IMG/VR virus record: IMGVR_UViG_2695420698_000002
From: a virus
Taxonomy: Duplodnaviria > Heunggongvirae > Uroviricota > Caudoviricetes
Strand: one strand, 5' to 3'
DNA length: 7,700 nt
In this document: in pieces, positions 6,553-7,700 of the stretch
How positions within the stretch are numbered: the first letter of the stretch is position 1
How the letters are laid out: each line of letters starts with the position of its first letter
Position numbers and translations under genes: made by a program
Notes under the pieces: generated by a model
Told to the model about the DNA's origin: nothing
Databases searched by the model: none
Seen by the model: the letters and a program-made list of their open reading frames with translations, nothing else

Positions 6553-7251
6553 TTACTGAGAAAGTTTATTGATGGAAAGGAAACCGCCGAAATTACCGGT
6601 ATTGTTGCGCAACTCACACCCGCGCATACACTTGCTGCATTTGTCCTTCCGGATATCCGTCGTTGGTTTGTCGAACTCGTCAGCCACTGCCCTGCCCGTG
6701 TAACCACACTCATCAGAACGGTAAGTCCACATACAGGTATTCGCCAGCATGATACGCCCCGGGAAAACCGCGCCATCCGTCTCCGTTGGTGTGGCCAGCA
6801 CAAAAGAGGCACTGACCGCGCTCAGTTCGCTGCACTGCTCGATGCGCCAGCGGCTGATCACCTCCTGTTCCGGATCGGCGTCGCTGTTTCCGTTGACGAA
6901 GTTCACCGCATCCAGAAAACGGGCGTAAACCTTACGCCTGACCACCGTTCCGCCGACCAGACTCTGCAGGTCTTCCGCCATCCCGGTGACCATTCCGTGC
7001 AGGTTAGAAACCGTCAGTGTCGGACGGGCAGCACTGCCCTTGCCGTTCAGTTCAAATCCCGTCCCCTGAATGGGGTATGCCTGATACTGCCGCCCCTGCC
7101 AGGTAACCGGCTCACCTTTTTCGTTCTGCTCATTACAGAAAAAATAACGTTCTCCACCGACCTCTGTCAGATCGATTTCCCAGAGCACCACCTGGGCTGA
7201 CTGAGTGAGGCGTGTCGTCTCATGATGTGTTTCCTGTGGAATATCCTGCAT
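6553..7251 (-). CDS. L: Tail-tip assembly protein L (gpL-type), 232 aa, diverged allele
   Basis: MQDIPQETHHETTRLTQSAQVVLWEIDLTEVGGERYFFCNEQNEKGEPVTWQGRQYQ...CSKCMRGC...FLSINKLSQ. Same length as L', with substitutions clustered at the N-terminus and around the cysteine region. Confidence 0.9.
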   Translation of the reverse strand: MQDIPQETHHETTRLTQSAQVVLWEIDLTEVGGERYFFCNEQNEKGEPVTWQGRQYQAYPIQGTGFELNGKGSAARPTLTVSNLHGMVTGMAEDLQSLVGGTVVRRKVYARFLDAVNFVNGNSDADPEQEVISRWRIEQCSELSAVSASFVLATPTETDGAVFPGRIMLANTCMWTYRSDECGYTGRAVADEFDKPTTDIRKDKCSKCMRGCELRNNTGNFGGFLSINKLSQ

Positions 7252-7260
7252 CAGAGCCTC

Positions 7261-7590
7261 CTATGCCACGACCTGTTCAAAATCTGCCGTTATGGTTACC
7301 CACAACGCCCCCACGCTTGCCGACCATTTACGACAAACCACCCTGATCGGCTTCCAGTCATAAGGTGGCGTCCACTGAAATGCGCGGACGCCACCGTGCC
7401 GTTCCAGAAAGGCTTTTAAAAATGGGTGTTCACCTTTACGAACACGTATCTTCACGCTGTAAGTCGACAACTGGTTATTCAGTCCCGCCGCACGACGCTG
7501 TTCATAACCATCGCCCAGCTTCACTGTCACCACTTTCGGCTCTGATACCACATTCATATCCGGGCGCACTTTCCAGTGAAACGTCTCCAT
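7261..7590 (-). CDS. M: Tail-tip assembly protein M (lambda gpM-type), 109 aa
   Basis: METFHWKVRPDMNVVSEPKVVTVKLGDGYEQRRAAGLNNQLSTYSVKIRVRKGEHPFLKAFLERHGGVRAFQWTPPYDWKPIRVVCRKWSASVGALWVTITADFEQVVA. Length matches lambda gpM. Position is between the H end and L. Confidence 0.9.
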   Translation of the reverse strand: METFHWKVRPDMNVVSEPKVVTVKLGDGYEQRRAAGLNNQLSTYSVKIRVRKGEHPFLKAFLERHGGVRAFQWTPPYDWKPIRVVCRKWSASVGALWVTITADFEQVVA

Positions 7591-7700
7591 TACCGGTATG
7601 CTCCACTTAACCGGCCACCATCACGGGCCTGCTGTTGCATAAAGTCCGCGGCCGCTTTTTTCCCGAGGTCATAAACCACCTTCAGGGCAGCCGGACCTAT
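7590..7700 (-). CDS. H: Tape-measure protein (gpH-type), last 36 codons plus stop; 5' end beyond window
   Basis: My translation of the only open minus-strand frame gives IGPAALKVVYDLGKKAAADFMQQQARDGGRLSGAYR, ending in a TAA that shares its last A with the M start (TAATG). The other two frames have stops within the first 20 nt. Assignment is by synteny (H precedes M in lambda); the peptide was not matched from memory. Confidence 0.6.
   Translation of the reverse strand: MGPAALKVVYDLGKKAAADFMQQQARDGGRLSGAYR

Noticed and set aside
5847-6812. 321-aa minus-strand ORF reported as a single protein
   Set aside because: It is a composite: an out-of-frame read through L (6553-6812), then the K N-terminus from the internal Met at 6548, then the N run, then the M' C-terminus. 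It is not one gene.
1-7700. Novel defence or toxin system, tRNA, rRNA or late promoter
   Set aside because: Every substantial ORF is accounted for by tail genes or their antisense shadows. No RNA gene signatures were seen. Lambda late genes are transcribed from a promoter far upstream, so no promoter is expected here and none was convincingly identified.

Overview
This window is the tail-tip assembly region of a lambda-type (lambdoid) phage or prophage, with every gene on the minus strand. Reading down from 7700 it carries the 3' end of the tape-measure gene H, then M, L, K, I and the first ~708 codons of the host-specificity gene J, which runs off the window at position 1. The module is not present once: it occurs as three diverged, partial iterations. 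These are (H-end, M, L, K N-part), then (M' C-part, L', K, I, J N-part), then (K C-part, I', J). Both junctions between iterations fall exactly on runs of N (11 N at 6126-6136, one N at 3423), and a third N run (36 N at 2490-2525) sits inside I'. Because the copies are alleles rather than identical repeats, the simplest reading is a scaffold or assembly join across several related lambdoid prophages, not a real tandem triplication. I see no evidence for a novel defence, toxin or RNA system. Product assignments rest on my recollection of phage lambda gpJ, gpI, gpK, gpL and gpM sequences and lengths; no database search was run. All long plus-strand ORFs in the track are antisense shadows of these GC-rich genes.
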